DNA from: Bugula neritina
Taxonomy: Eukaryota > Animalia > Bryozoa
Assembly: GCA_964035545.1 (NCBI GenBank)
Contig: OZ037770.1
Location: forward strand, 5,590,729 to 5,654,728
Reading direction: 5' to 3'
DNA length: 64,000 nucleotides
Both the position numbers and the translations under genes were made by a program. The notes below the pieces were generated by a model. It was not told where the DNA came from. It saw only the letters and a program-made list of their open reading frames with translations, and searched no databases. Of the stretch, positions 49,223 to 61,936 are shown piece after piece. Position 1 is the first letter of the stretch. Each line of letters begins with the position of its first letter.

Positions 49223-52200
49223 TGTGTATATATATATGTATATATGTATATGTATATATATATGTATATATATATTTATATTTACATAATATGATGATAT
49301 AAAATATATATAAGCTAATTATTTAAATAATTTATTTACTTTTCTGACATTACCTTTCTTTTGGAAAATTTTCTAGTTTCCTGAATTTTCTCAGTATTCC
49401 TTGGAATTGCCTTCACTTCATCAGATGTAACAATCTATATATATGCAATACATTTTATAGTATATGTATACCAAATATAAAAAGAATACAATATATATTA
49501 TTATTATATATAAACAATGCATATATACATTATGTCTGTACATATTATATACATAATTAGGTTGGATATATATTATCTATTGTTTTGTATTGGAAGTTCC
49601 TTGCAAAGAGTTTTGGATTTTGGGACTTTTGTTAGCGTTGTTTGGAGTTTTCTTTCCTCCATCAGATGCAAGATGCTGATTATACAAGTAACACGCACAT
49701 TTAAGCATTTTTGCTTATAAAAGCTGTAAAAATTCTACCTAATCAGTCAAACAACTAAAATGTGTGAATAACTCATATGGAACATTTGCAACTTACACAG
49801 TCATCTTGCTGTTTAGATTCGGGTGACAAAGTAACCCTTTCTACTTCATTATCATCTTCCTGGTGGGGTATCTTTATTCTTAAAACATAGGAAGTGCTTG
49901 GCCGCTGCAAATAAAGAAAATTTGCTCGTATAAAGGTACTTGTAGTTGCTATGAAATAGGAGTGTGATTTTAGTTAATGCAAGCTCTGCACATTAAGTTC
50001 CGTTAAAATTCTGTTTAGCTCAAAATCTCTACTCTACTAATAATCTCTGACTGCAATAGTTTTTTAAGACTAAGTATACTGTTTAAGGGCTATACTTTAG
50101 CAAGCTGTGTAGGTTGATTTTGGTTTAACCTATAATAAATCAAAGTCGGTTTTAAAACTTCTGGTTCATGAAGTTTGAAAAAACATTATCAAACTTATTT
50201 CTAATTTGAAACAGCATAAGTAGAAATACTAAACTGTGACTTAGATATTCAGAGCAGTTGAATTTAGGTACTTTGTAACAATATCAAGTAAATAATATGC
50301 TAGCACCAAGAAGCTGTGCAGTAGAGCAGCCCACAGAACAGTATGTGAAAGTCACTACCACAATTTACAACTTGCTTTTAGGTAAGCATTGCAGTTATAA
50401 AATACAAACAACCAGCTCAATTAAAGTGTAATATATTTTAACTGCAATTAAACCAGCATATCTTTGGGTTTTCAAAGTGTGTCTTTTTAAAATATTGTTG
50501 ACATGTATTTGATAGTAATTACCATTGCCTTTTGTTCTAGTTTCTGAGTTAGAGATGCTTGTCTAGCTTCTTCAATACCCTGCGAAGTTTTCACCTTTTT
50601 ATCAGCTGTGGTGTTCTATTTGAACAGAAATAACTTATCTCAATATCTTTAGACAAATCACCGGTTACTGTCTAGTGTGCATGCATTTCATTATAAGCTA
50701 AACTTTGGAATGAAAAGTAATGACTTAAGGAGAGATATTGACCATAAATGTTACATTAAGGGTTTTCATCAAAAGAGCATGATCAAGGGAACTTTTAAAT
50801 CGACAATAAAATTGCATATTTTTTCACAAAAAAACTTTTTTTCTTAAGATTAGTAGACATAAAGTTTGATTTCACAGACCACTCAGAATGCACTAACCAA
50901 TTACACCACAGAGGCTACTAGGTACACGCACCACTACACTTATCTTAATTTTTCAAGAGGATTTTGATGTATTATCTATTTATAAAGTATATTATTGTTT
51001 AATAGTAAAAAAACAAGGCCATGGAAATGAAGCTGCTTTTTACAGCTTTATAGAGCTTTTGATAAAGCTGACATTGCCTGCAGCATTGGATTACTCACAC
51101 ACTCTACTTCCTGTTGAAGAGAATCTTCTGGTACAGCAATCAATTGATTCTCTTTTTTGTCTCCTCCTGGTTGTTCTGGTTGCAAGAGAGTGACAAGGTT
51201 TGGAAACTGAAAATAAAAACATGCAAAAACTTCGTGACCAATAGCATTTTCAATATAGCTTATGTGCTTAGCTCCTATGCATATTTAATGATAATGAAAG
51301 AACAAATGTTATCAGTGTAATTTAACTTTTAAAAATATTCTTAGCTTTGTCAGCTATGTTTCCAAGTGTTTACTTATACATTCAGGTATTGGAAACTAGC
51401 TTATACTGGTAAAATATGTATAGCCAAAATTGATAAAAAATTAATAATGTACTATAACTTGATAAAAATATTTCTTTAGTGCAAAATCTACCCAACACTC
51501 AAAATAAGCTGCAGGTCAAAAGTAATAATTTTTTGAATAAATGAGGTAAAAGCAACACCATTTACAATCCGCTAATTTTTACAATCTTTAAATTTTATGT
51601 CTGCTGAAGTGACAGTCAAATATTGTTTACTTCTAATTTTGCAATTTCCACAATTTGAAGTTTCTTATATCTCTATAACTACTAATTCACAAGACATAAC
51701 ATGTATATATAGCATGGTGGGACGTTATACCAATGCTAACTAAACTGTTTTATTCATTGCTAAAACGTAACGCTCCATGACTAATGGTGAATAGTCAGCA
51801 TAGCTGTATAGCTGTATTACCTGCTCTGCTGTTTGAAAAGTTCTCTGTTTAGGATCTGCAACTTGAGATGGTGACTCATCACTTGTAACTTCAAAAGGGC
51901 TGTTTGTGACTTCAGAGGAACTGGTGGTGATTTCAGAGAGAGTGGTTGTGACTTCAGGGGGGCTGTTTGTGACTTCAGAGGAACTGGTGGTGATTTCAGA
52001 GAGAGTGGTTGTGACTTCAGGGGGGCTGTTTGGGACTTCAGGGGGGCTGTTTGTGACATCAGAGGGGCTGGTTGTGACATCAGAGGGGCTGGTTGTGACA
52101 TCAGAGGGGCTGGTTGTGACTTCAGGGGGGCTGGTTGTGACATCAGAGGAAGTGGTTGTGATTTTAGAGGAACTGGTTGTGACATCAGAGGGGCTGCTTG

Positions 52201-55200
52201 TGACTTCTGGGGGGCTGTTTGTGACTTCAGAGGAGCTGGTTGTGACATCAGAGGAGCTGGTTGTGACTTCATCAGCAGAAACACTCTAAAATCCAGCAGA
52301 CTAGTAGTTAAAGCAAAGTGGTTTAAAGAAGTACTCTCACTACATCCCCCTGGGTTCGTTTATCCTCAAAGACATCATCCTATCATGACATCCCATTAGA
52401 TTTAATAGCTATTTCAAAATTGTAATTAAGTAGTGAAAAGTTCAGCATAAAGCTAGCGACAAAGCTGCATGATCTGCTAAAACCCAAAACCAATGGATTG
52501 CTAATATTATAGTCATTGTCACTCTTTATCTTCAAATTTGAGAAATCTCTCACTCACGCAAGTTTATAGTCGCTATCCCTGTGAGAAACCCCTGATGGAA
52601 AGGGTTTTTGTTAGAACGGGCTAAGGACATGTTCAAATGAGGCACAGGAGCAATTATGACTGGATGCTCTTCCTAACATCACCAATGGTCTTTGTCGGGG
52701 CTTGAACCCACAACTTCGTGCTCACAAAGCGGACGCTCTAACCCCTAGACCACGGCTGCTCCCTACCCTGCCTAATTTTTTCCAAGTTTTATGTGCCATT
52801 TAGTTATGTTGTATTATTACTGCATATATTCACTCACACGCTGTGTTCCGTCCTGCTGTTCAATAGCATCAGGTGAAAATGTTACTAGCACCTCTTCACA
52901 TCCTTGTGACTCAAGTAGCAGAAAGGAGCCGATGCCTGGAAGCTGGAAAATGACCGAATAAAAGTTTATCCTCTAAACAGCTATAATCTATACAAACTGA
53001 TCTTTAGCTAGTCAAGTAAAAACTTTATATTTTGACATAACAATAAGTTTTGCTATAAATCTCATATATGACTTGACCACCACTTTTGAGAAAATTTCTA
53101 TAGATTTGAGGTGATGATTGACATAGGCACATAGCATATTTACATTTGAAGCTGGAAGTTACTTCACAGAAATCTAATTAAAACTAGTAAAAATTCTACT
53201 ACCTATAACAAATTTTACCATTTTTTTAACTGTCTGGATTTGCTAAACTATGTGCAGGGCTCTTTAGCTATAAAAACTTAAACAATAATTATTAAAATAG
53301 ATAAAAAATTTTGCACCTTTTGCACTGTTTGTAAGGTTTGTTGTTCAGAGACCTGAGCTGTTTGGTCACATGATTCACTATTCTCTAAAGTTATATCCAC
53401 TTCACCAGCTGAGACATTCTAAATATATGCAAACAAAACCTTCATCTACAGATCTTTTTTTGTAATTCTAATACTAAGTTACAACATTTCCCCCTACAGC
53501 TCTAAGTAAAGTTTTTCATTAATAACATGAAACTCACCTGCCCTGCGTCAGACTGCTGGCCAGAGTCAGCTGATGGGACAATCAGCTCCGCCTCTTCATC
53601 ACGTGCTGTCTGCTGCGACAATACATAAAAAATGTCAACTATTTTCACCAAAAGCAGTAATTTTAAACTAATACCAATAATTCAAAATTAAGCATAAACC
53701 AATAAACTATTATGAACTTAACAGTAAAACATGAACTATAAAAAGAAAAGCTTTAATAATTGTTTCATTCATCAAACTTTTGCATTGCTGTTAAATGTGA
53801 TAGCTTTTAAGATAAAAACTTTTAAAAAGATGTTAAAAAGCAATTGCACACTAAATTTGATTTTAATTATTTTTCAATAAAAAAAAAAAATTGTAGGTAA
53901 TTACAGCAACAGGAAAATTGGCACTTTATTTATAACATTTATGTTGTCGCTACTCTATAGTAATAACCATGAGATGCCCACACAAAGTACCTGAGGCTCT
54001 GGAATAACATCAAGTTCCTTCTCATCACAGCTGCTTTGTAATGGTTCTAATTGTGGAGGGGAGGTGACAACACTCTGGTGCTAAAATAGAGAAAATAATA
54101 ATGCTAATATGATTGAGTTTCACAATAATTAAAAAAATGCAACATTTTAACTAAAATATCAATTATAAAAGTATTTAGTCCAAAGTTTTTCAAATAAATG
54201 ATGAATACATGACACATGCAAAGTAATAATAACTTTTATTGCCCAACATGCTGCTTTAGAGTTGTCTTCTCTTTATCTCACGTGTTTAATAATTACCCAC
54301 AATGCATTATATTACTTTGCTTTATACCTGCTAACCAGCCTTGTTTATATGTAAAATAGAAATGCCAAAATAAAACCATAGATTCTATAATGGGTGATTT
54401 TTATCAGAGTTGTCATGCAAAAATAATCAAAGAAATGCGTAACTAAAACGACATTCTGCAAGCAGGTTGAAAGAAGCAAAATTACTTTAATTAATCACAT
54501 TACCTGCTTTGCCGTCTGAAAATTTCTCTGTTCAGAATTTTCAATTTGGGACGGTGATTCATCTGTCTCAGTTTCACTTAAGCTGGTTGGGTTTTCTGTA
54601 GCAGCAACACTCTGAAATACAGGAAAATACTACAATTATTTATTATATGAAACACAACCCTGCTGTAAAATAATTACCCTTACCAAATTCAAAAATGAAA
54701 CTTTTAAATTTTTTCTATATGAGGCTCTGAGCTGGGGATGAATGAGTTCAGTATTGTGAGTTCTCAAATTTGAAGTTAAAGGTCTAATTTTAAACTATTG
54801 CACTCAGTCACTCCAACTCAAAGCTGCTTATAGAACAATTTAAACTTTCAATTTTCAAGCCAGTGTTCCTCCCAATACACAATGGGAGGGAGGGGGGGGG
54901 GCTAAAAGAATATATCAACACTAGATTTAACTTAGTTCTCTAAAGCTACACTAACTCTGTCAATTCTTAAACTTCACTGGTTCTTCATGTCCCTAAGAGT
55001 AGTGTAACACTACACCCATGGCCAAACAGTTTGTAGAGAATGCTGCCAGCAGCGGAATCGAGACTAAACCACAGTGTTTCAACTTGCAAGCTAGCTACTT
55101 ATTACCCTACAGGGCTGTAATTCAATGTTTAACTCTATTTACTGTATAATATTCACTCACAAGCTGTGTTTTATCCTGCTGTTGAATAGAGTCAGAGGAG

Positions 55201-58200
55201 AGATTTACTTCCTGTTCCTCCTCATCACATCTCTGTTGTAATGAATCAGGTGACAGAAAGGGGTTGATGCCTGGAAGCTGGATAATGACCAAACAACAGT
55301 TTAACTTTTCAACAGCTACAATCTATTGTAGTGTTGTGTTTCCCCCAATAGCCTCCGTGGTGTAATGGTAGCACACTTGCTTGCAAGCCAGAAGACTCAG
55401 GTTCCATTCCATGCCACCACTGGGAATCGAATCCGAGTCTTCTGGCTTGCAAGCAAGTTTGCTACCATTATACCACGGAGGCCACTGAGTAAACTCAACA
55501 CTACATCTCTTTTCCACTGAAATGGTTTTGAGTTGAAAACATAACTTCATGTTTTTGTAGCACCAATAAGCTATTTTTGTTTTACACCATTTTAAAAATC
55601 CCTTACATAACAGCTAAAATATGTAAAGCACTTCTAAGACACTTTAGCTAAGAATTCATATAAAGCAACTAAATTTCCGTGGAACAGAAAAATGTAACTT
55701 AAAAACAGATTAACAAAACTTTTGAAAGCAATTACTATTTAATAGAGTTTGTCATGTTTATGGTATTTAAGTGAACTCTGACAATGAAATAGCTGAATTA
55801 AATGGGTGGAGCTACATGCATTACAAAGAAGTTACCAAAAATTTTGAACATTTTTTTCAGCTTACCTTTTGCACTGTTTGTACGGTTTGTTGTTCAGAGG
55901 GCTGAAGTGTTTGATCACATGATTCAGTATTCTCTGGATTTATCTCCACTTCACCATGTGAGACATTCTAAATAATATAAACAAAACTTCCATCAACAGA
56001 TCTGTGCTTAGCAATAGAAAGTAGCAAGAACTGCCACCTACTCTGTTTGCATGTGGAGTTGAATCTGTTCAAAATTGGCTATATGAGTCACTCACTATTT
56101 CATGGTGTTTTCCAAATTAATTTAAAGAAGCTTAACTTATGAAAAAAACATAATGCTCACTTTAAATTGCAATTTCGTAATATTTGAGTGTTTAGTGTTC
56201 TCTCTACTCACAGATTGAATGTTGCCTTGATATTGATTTGAGCTAACTAATTTTATCAAAATTTTTTTCTCGGATGTAGACTTTAGCTATAAAAAGCCAA
56301 CATTCAATTTAAGCAAAAAACAGCAAAAAATTATAGCTTTGTAACTAATGCATACTGTGTACATGTATTTGAGTTGGATAGAAAAATGTTAACTTGCTAT
56401 TCTTAGGATCAAGTTACAATCGATTGTCTCTAAATTGACACCTGAATACTCACACACAGTGTCTCAACTTCTGACTGAGGTAGATCAGATGGTAAAGTCA
56501 TTGACTGTTTCCCCTCATTATCATTTGATTGAAATACTTCTGGTTGCAAGGCAGTAAGGCTGCTTGGTGGCTAAAAACCGATAATCTAACTTTAAACATT
56601 ATCGCAGCTAAAGGATCCATCATATTCTTGTTGAAATAACTATCTAAGAATATTTTTTACTAGATAAATGGTAATTGTAAATTATTTTAGCTATTTTATT
56701 TCTGATGAATTTAAAAGTATTATAATTTTTTCCAGTAAATTTTGGTCTCTGGTGTTTTTAAAAACGCTCAGAATACCTTGTCTGTTGTTTGTGAAGTTCC
56801 CTGGTCCGCCATTATCATCTGAAAGGGCTGAACAGTTTCTCTTCTACTTCTTGATATCAATGTAACTTCAACGGAGGACAGACTCTGAATGAATAAAGAC
56901 AACCACAATTAAAGCTGGTTAAAGATAAGTTTGGTCAACTAAAGAGTCAAGACTGGTGTTATTATTGCCTATAGGCTCCTGTAACTTATAACCTCTGGTT
57001 CTTGAATGAATTCAGGTGACAGAGTAATTACTTCTGTTTCTTTGTCTCTTTGTTCAGGACTTAGTGGCAAGAGAGTGAAAATGCCAGGAAGCTAAAATTG
57101 AAAATACTTTGTTTATTTTCAGGTGAATATAAAACATTCATAAGTTCTATCTCATAGTGTGCAGCTATACATTAATATAAGTACAAAAGTTTGTCATATA
57201 ATTCTCAATGAAGCAGGTAAAGAGTGCACAAGGAAGAATTAAATACTGTGTGTAACAAAAGATAAAACAACTGAAACTTTCCTTCTTTTCTCACATAACA
57301 ATTTGACAAGTAGCCATATACTATGGAGTATATTATGTTGACCATTCAATCTAGCCAAGTTTACAAATTTGTACCAGGTCTAATAATTTACATACTGCAA
57401 TGTATATCTTATAATATTACTGATTGATCCGTTTGTGAAGATGTTTGCGATTGGTCAGACTTTTGTTGGTATATCAGTGAAAGGGTGTCTGATTTTTTTG
57501 CTTGAGAGGTAATTTGTGGTCTGATCTGTAAACTGGTCTGTGATTGGTCTCTTTCTTCATCAGGATTAACTATCTTGTGCGTTCGCTTACTCTCTTTAGC
57601 TCTTTCCGATTTTATGAAGGTATCATCATGGAAAACACTCTATATAAAATAGAAGACAACTTCTATAATTGTATGACATTACACAATAAAAAAGTGGTAA
57701 AAGAAAAAATTAACTAAACTTTATGCTCTGGAAAAAATTTAACAATGTTGCATTTTGCAAGAATACTAGCTTCATGATATATATAAAGTGACTTGAATTT
57801 AATTAAATTTAATCAGCTGGTGAATATACTGTATTTTACATAAGCAACTGAACTCACACATATCTTAGCTATGTTTATAAAACTATGAAATACCAATCAT
57901 CTGGTTGGTTGTAAATATTATAGAAGTTTTGTAAATGTCTTATTGTTATATATATGGTAAAAACACTCAGCCAGCAGTAGTTGCTGGTACCTCACTGTGT
58001 AAAGATTTGTAGGAATTTAGAATAAGGTTATTTGAAAAACACTGATACCGATTGGTCCCCAATTGGTCTCCTAGTGGTCCCCCCTCAAACTGCATTTTAC
58101 CATGTGGCCCAAGTTATGAAACTTTTTATTTCAGTGACCCTCACTTTAAAAAAATTGGACACCACAGGAGATATAAATTTATTGAATAAATATTGTTATT

Positions 58201-60725
58201 TAACGAGCTTTGCATTCAATGTATTACAATATGTCATGGGTGACTTCAATTAAAAAAATAATTAAATTTCAGCTATCACGTCAAAAAATTCTAGCAATGC
58301 ATTGTGATGATGAGCTCACCCAGTCCCAGGCTACTCTGTAACCTCCCGCATTATCAAAGTTTCTTGCTGCAGCCCTAAACACTTCAGTGAAAAGAGTTAC
58401 CACTTCCTCTTCATTTTCTTCTGTCACTTCTATCTGGGCAATTCTGTCTAAGAGAGCTTTGGTCAGACTCAAATACTGAAAGATAGAATATTAGGATAAA
58501 CCTTTAATAACATAGTGTGCAAATAGTGGCCATCCAGTATAGTTTTCTTTTGTTGGAACAGGTTTATCAGCCAACTCTCTTGGAAAATGGAACAGCAACT
58601 AATTGTTACCACAACTTGTAAGTAATAAATCTAACAGATGGTGATACAATGTAGCACTTTGTATTGTAATTACATGGTATAGCCATTATCTTCATAGAGC
58701 ATATCATTATGTACAAAATAATGAATGGTATTACAGATTATTTAAACAGGTTACAATTTAAATGTTTCTTTCAAGTTGGTACTTGTTTACTCTATTTTAC
58801 CTCTCAACATCATTTTCGTTTTCAGAAGAAATGTTTAAAGCTTTGTAATTATTGAGAAATTTTGACAGAATGAAAGTTGGCCAAATTAAAATAAAGTTTA
58901 ACAAAAAACAAGCAAAGTACTTGAGAGTTTATAAAAAAATTAGAAAATAATTTTCATGCTAGCAGCTTTTATAGTTACTTTTTGATTGTACTTCTCTTTA
59001 TGAAACAATAATAGCTTGTGTCCAGCAGTCTACTTGGTTCGAACTTTCATTAATAAGTTTTTATTTAATATCAACAAGTACCAAATTGGGTAATCTATAA
59101 TTGCTTTTTTTAAAGAAATATAAATTAAAACTGTGGTATCTTGTAAAGTTAGACCACATGCTCTTACCTCACAAACAGTTGCCTGTGAAATTATGATTGT
59201 CTGGTCTAGCAGGCTCATCGTCTCTGGACATCCATTCAGCCACTGAATCACAGTTTCCACTCCATCAAACAAGTTTAGTCCATTAAATGATGGCTGGCTT
59301 GGTAGAGTGGAAACTGAAAATATAATGTAATTTAACTAAGAGCATCCAGTCACAATTGCTTTTTCCTCTAACTTAAATAAGTGTTTATAGCCGGCTTTAA
59401 CAATAACCATTTCCATAAGGTGTTTTCTCACATGGACAGTGACTGTAAACTTTGATATGTTTTTTTAAGCAAATCCAATAATTAATTGTATATAAATAAA
59501 TAATACAAAACATCATAACTGTAACTATGATTATTCTGGTCTAAAAGTTTGAGTTCCTGTAACACAAATTTAATGAATTTAAATCTTGACTGTTTATGAT
59601 GTCATGTAACTGAAGCTGTTGTTTGATAAATGTCCAAAAAACCCTTGTGTCCAGCAATTAAATTGAGATAAACATTATTAGCTCAGTTGAAAGTGTTTGT
59701 CCTATTATACACACTTCCCAAAGGACAATTTGTGAAAAATTTACTCAAGTGGACCAGGTAAAAGGAAGAGGCTATACAACTGTGCAAACCATTAAAATAA
59801 CATCATCACTTCTGAGGGATGAAAGCAGTAAAATAAACTCAGTATTATTTATTAGACAGACTTCACTCAATTAAAGACCAGGCAATGCTATATATATATA
59901 CTCTACATACTGATTTCTTCGATACAGTCCACCAAGTGTCTGTGTCTCTCTGCTTCTGGTGTGATGCTTTGACTAAAGATATCTGCATGAGTAGGGCTGA
60001 TCCAGAGAGACGATCTTATGCTATGCTCAAGGTGGCCAATACTATAATTAACAGGTGTGTAATATTATAGTGCTTTATATATATAAATAAATATATATAT
60101 ATATATATATATACATATATATAGAAATACATATATATATAACTATAAAAATACACATATGTACTCTATGCTCTATACAATTATATACACGGTATGCACC
60201 TAGTACCTACACATGTATAATTATACACCCACCCACACACACCTGCACACTTACCTGTCCAGCACCAGCAGCAAGATGATGTCTGTAGCTGTAGCCTCAG
60301 AGTCAGAAGTTCCATCAAGAGTCGCTTTAAAGTAGGTTCCTTGTGACTGTATAAAGAATATAAAGTAAAGTTCCCATCTAATATAAAATACTAACATAAT
60401 AAGCTTTTTGTTATGATATAGCAGGGGTTATCTTCTCATATAACAAATACTACAACAGCATATGACAAGACTATATGCAGCATTATATAACAGATATTAT
60501 TATCATGCTTCAACATTATAATATTATATCAAGAAATATATTACATACTGTATTATGGTAGGTAATATACTAAGTATAATGGGACACATACTATGATGTG
60601 TATTTTGTTGCAGGAAAAACAATATAACATTATTTTCCAAAGAATATACTAGAATATAACTATAATACATTGATATATTTAATACTACAGTGCATTGGCT
60701 ACTAGTTATAGTAATGAGTTACCAT
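47010..60725 (-). CDS. Paralogue A of the same family, with a long array of symmetric exons and a repeat-rich terminal exon
   Basis: Exons: ATG 60725-60723|gt, 60346-60255 (92 nt), 60041-59911 (131), 59313-59168 (146), 58475-58320 (156). Then phase-0 exons 57639-57421, 57091-56993, 56884-56777, 56570-56454, 55967-55866, 55277-55161, 54611-54504, 54080-53991, 53612-53538, 53418-53317, 52942-52838, 52285-51821, 51206-51099, 50615-50523, 49904-49797, 49434-49354, 48985-48938, and terminal 48443-47010. N-terminus MSQGTYFK...DIILLLVLD...[10 protein letters not shown]...[12 protein letters not shown]...[14 protein letters not shown]...AWDW. Confidence 0.8.
47587..48340 (-). repeat. Coding 33-bp (11-aa) tandem repeat, consensus [10 protein letters not shown].
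   Basis: About 23 units of ggtggttgcctctctgacatgtgtgtgtaa-type sequence inside the terminal exon of paralogue A. Confidence 0.95.
49144..49280. repeat. Compound (TA)n/(TATG)n microsatellite
   Basis: Direct reading. Confidence 0.9.
49577..49675 (-). pseudogene. Decayed (pseudo)exon in the paralogue A exon array
   Basis: Has an acceptor and an open frame [12 protein letters not shown]...NTKQ, but ends TAG|ataat where sister exons end (C/A)AG|gtaat. Confidence 0.5.
51900..52270 (-). repeat. Coding 21-bp (7-aa) tandem repeat, mucin-like (E/D)VTTSPS
   Basis: Units of gaagtcacaaccagcccctct type within exon 52285-51821, read in the phase-0 frame. Confidence 0.9.
52551..52763 (-). mobile_element. 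tRNA-derived SINE (best-preserved copy)
   Basis: Head GGGAGCAGCCGTGGTCTAGGGGTTAGAGCG with A box, B box GGTTCAAGCCC, body GGTGATGTTAGGAAGAGCATCCAGTC, tail ...TATAAACTTGCGTGAGTGAG. Multiple copies in the window. Confidence 0.9.
54711..54838. mobile_element. Diverged copy of the 3203-3340 MITE
   Basis: gctctgagctggggatgaatgagttcagta...tgcactcagtcactccaactcaaagctgcttatagaacaa. Confidence 0.7.
55327..55505. mobile_element. Palindromic element composed of two inverted tRNA-like units, TG...CA termini, ~5-bp TSD
   Basis: tgtagtgttg...gcctccgtggtgtaatggtagca.acttgcttgcaagccagaagactc followed by its reverse complement ending caacactaca. Flanks tctat/tctct. Confidence 0.8.
59337..59453 (+). mobile_element. 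5'-truncated SINE, same family
   Basis: aagagcatccagtcacaattgct...tttctcacatggacagtgactgtaaactt. Confidence 0.7.
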
Positions 60726-61936
60726 GTTTTCTCCTTTAACTAAGACTTGACTCAATTAATCAGACTGATGTATCGCATCCCAAACTTGGTATAGACTAGC
60801 TCTAGGCAGCAGAGTCTGTATTGGAGTGAATATGCTGCTATAAGTGCAAGCTTTCTCAAAATAGAGTGAAAGCTTTTCCTAGGCTTTCCTCGGTATTTAA
60901 AGCATCTCTATTTATACTTCTGCACCAATTTTAAACTCTAATAAATAATAATAAAAAGTACTGCAGAAAGATGAGTTTAATTGTCTCCACCTACATCTTG
61001 ATGGGCTCACTTTGCTATGTTCTGTAGTATATACTAAATATAATATGTGTCTGTATATAGGTTATAATATATATTGCATAATGTATTACACTATATATAT
61101 ATTTTAGATGTGCCATGTAATATAATCTATATATACACCTTACATGTTATACTATATATGTATGTTTTGACTAATTGAGCACAGATCAATGTTTGATTCT
61201 ATTGTTTATTCAGGCCTGGCCTTATCATACCAGCAACAAACAATAACTAAAGTCAGCCCTACTGCAACATATTATAATACTTGTCTAATGGAGCTTCAGT
61301 TATATATTATGCTGATTAATTATACTATTAAAAGTAAGGCTGTAGTCCATGTAAAGCAGCCAAATGTGAAATAGCCAGCCAAACTTTACCAGCTTGATTC
61401 AGCTCAGTCTGTCAATTCTCTCAACATTATAATAATAAATGGTTTTGGTTCTGGGTTGATGGTAAGAGAATCAGTGGGGGAGGGGGTTTTGTTGCAGTTA
61501 TCAACTGCTTTTCCATACATACACTTACCTATCTGCATAAATATACTAACACTAAGTATATCTTTTGTCTCCTAAACCTTTGGTAAAGATTACTTGCACA
61601 TGGTTCATTTAGTTATGCTAAACTTTATTTTATTATGTAAATACAATCTAAAGCATTGGAAACTTACAAGTCAAAAAAGAAATTATAATTGTCATATTGA
61701 AAAACCTGGCTATTGATATATACATAATAATGGACTTCTATTGAACCCTGACAGATGAACAAAAAGTATTTAAAGTAGAAAACAGATGCATTTTTTATAT
61801 AGATAATTAAATTTATGCATATTGTTTAAAGTTATTAATGAGGTGGAGCAGAAATTGGAAGAATAATTTTGATTACTTAGTCAATTATCAAAAAACTCAA
61901 TGAAAAAACTTTTTTAACAAATGTACAGAAACTGTC

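Noticed and set aside
51817-52289. ORF-track proteins MSQPAPLK... (-) and VTSEGLV... (+)
   Set aside because: Splice phase and paralogous-exon homology support a third frame (EVTTSPS).
55351-55482. Functional tRNA-Ala(TGC)/Gly gene
   Set aside because: Anticodon and acceptor stems pair poorly, and the unit is embedded in an inverted duplication with a TSD-like flank.
60726-60937. Possible additional degenerate WxW-domain exon
   Set aside because: Stops in all frames; better explained as the 5' UTR exon ending in the ATG of paralogue A.
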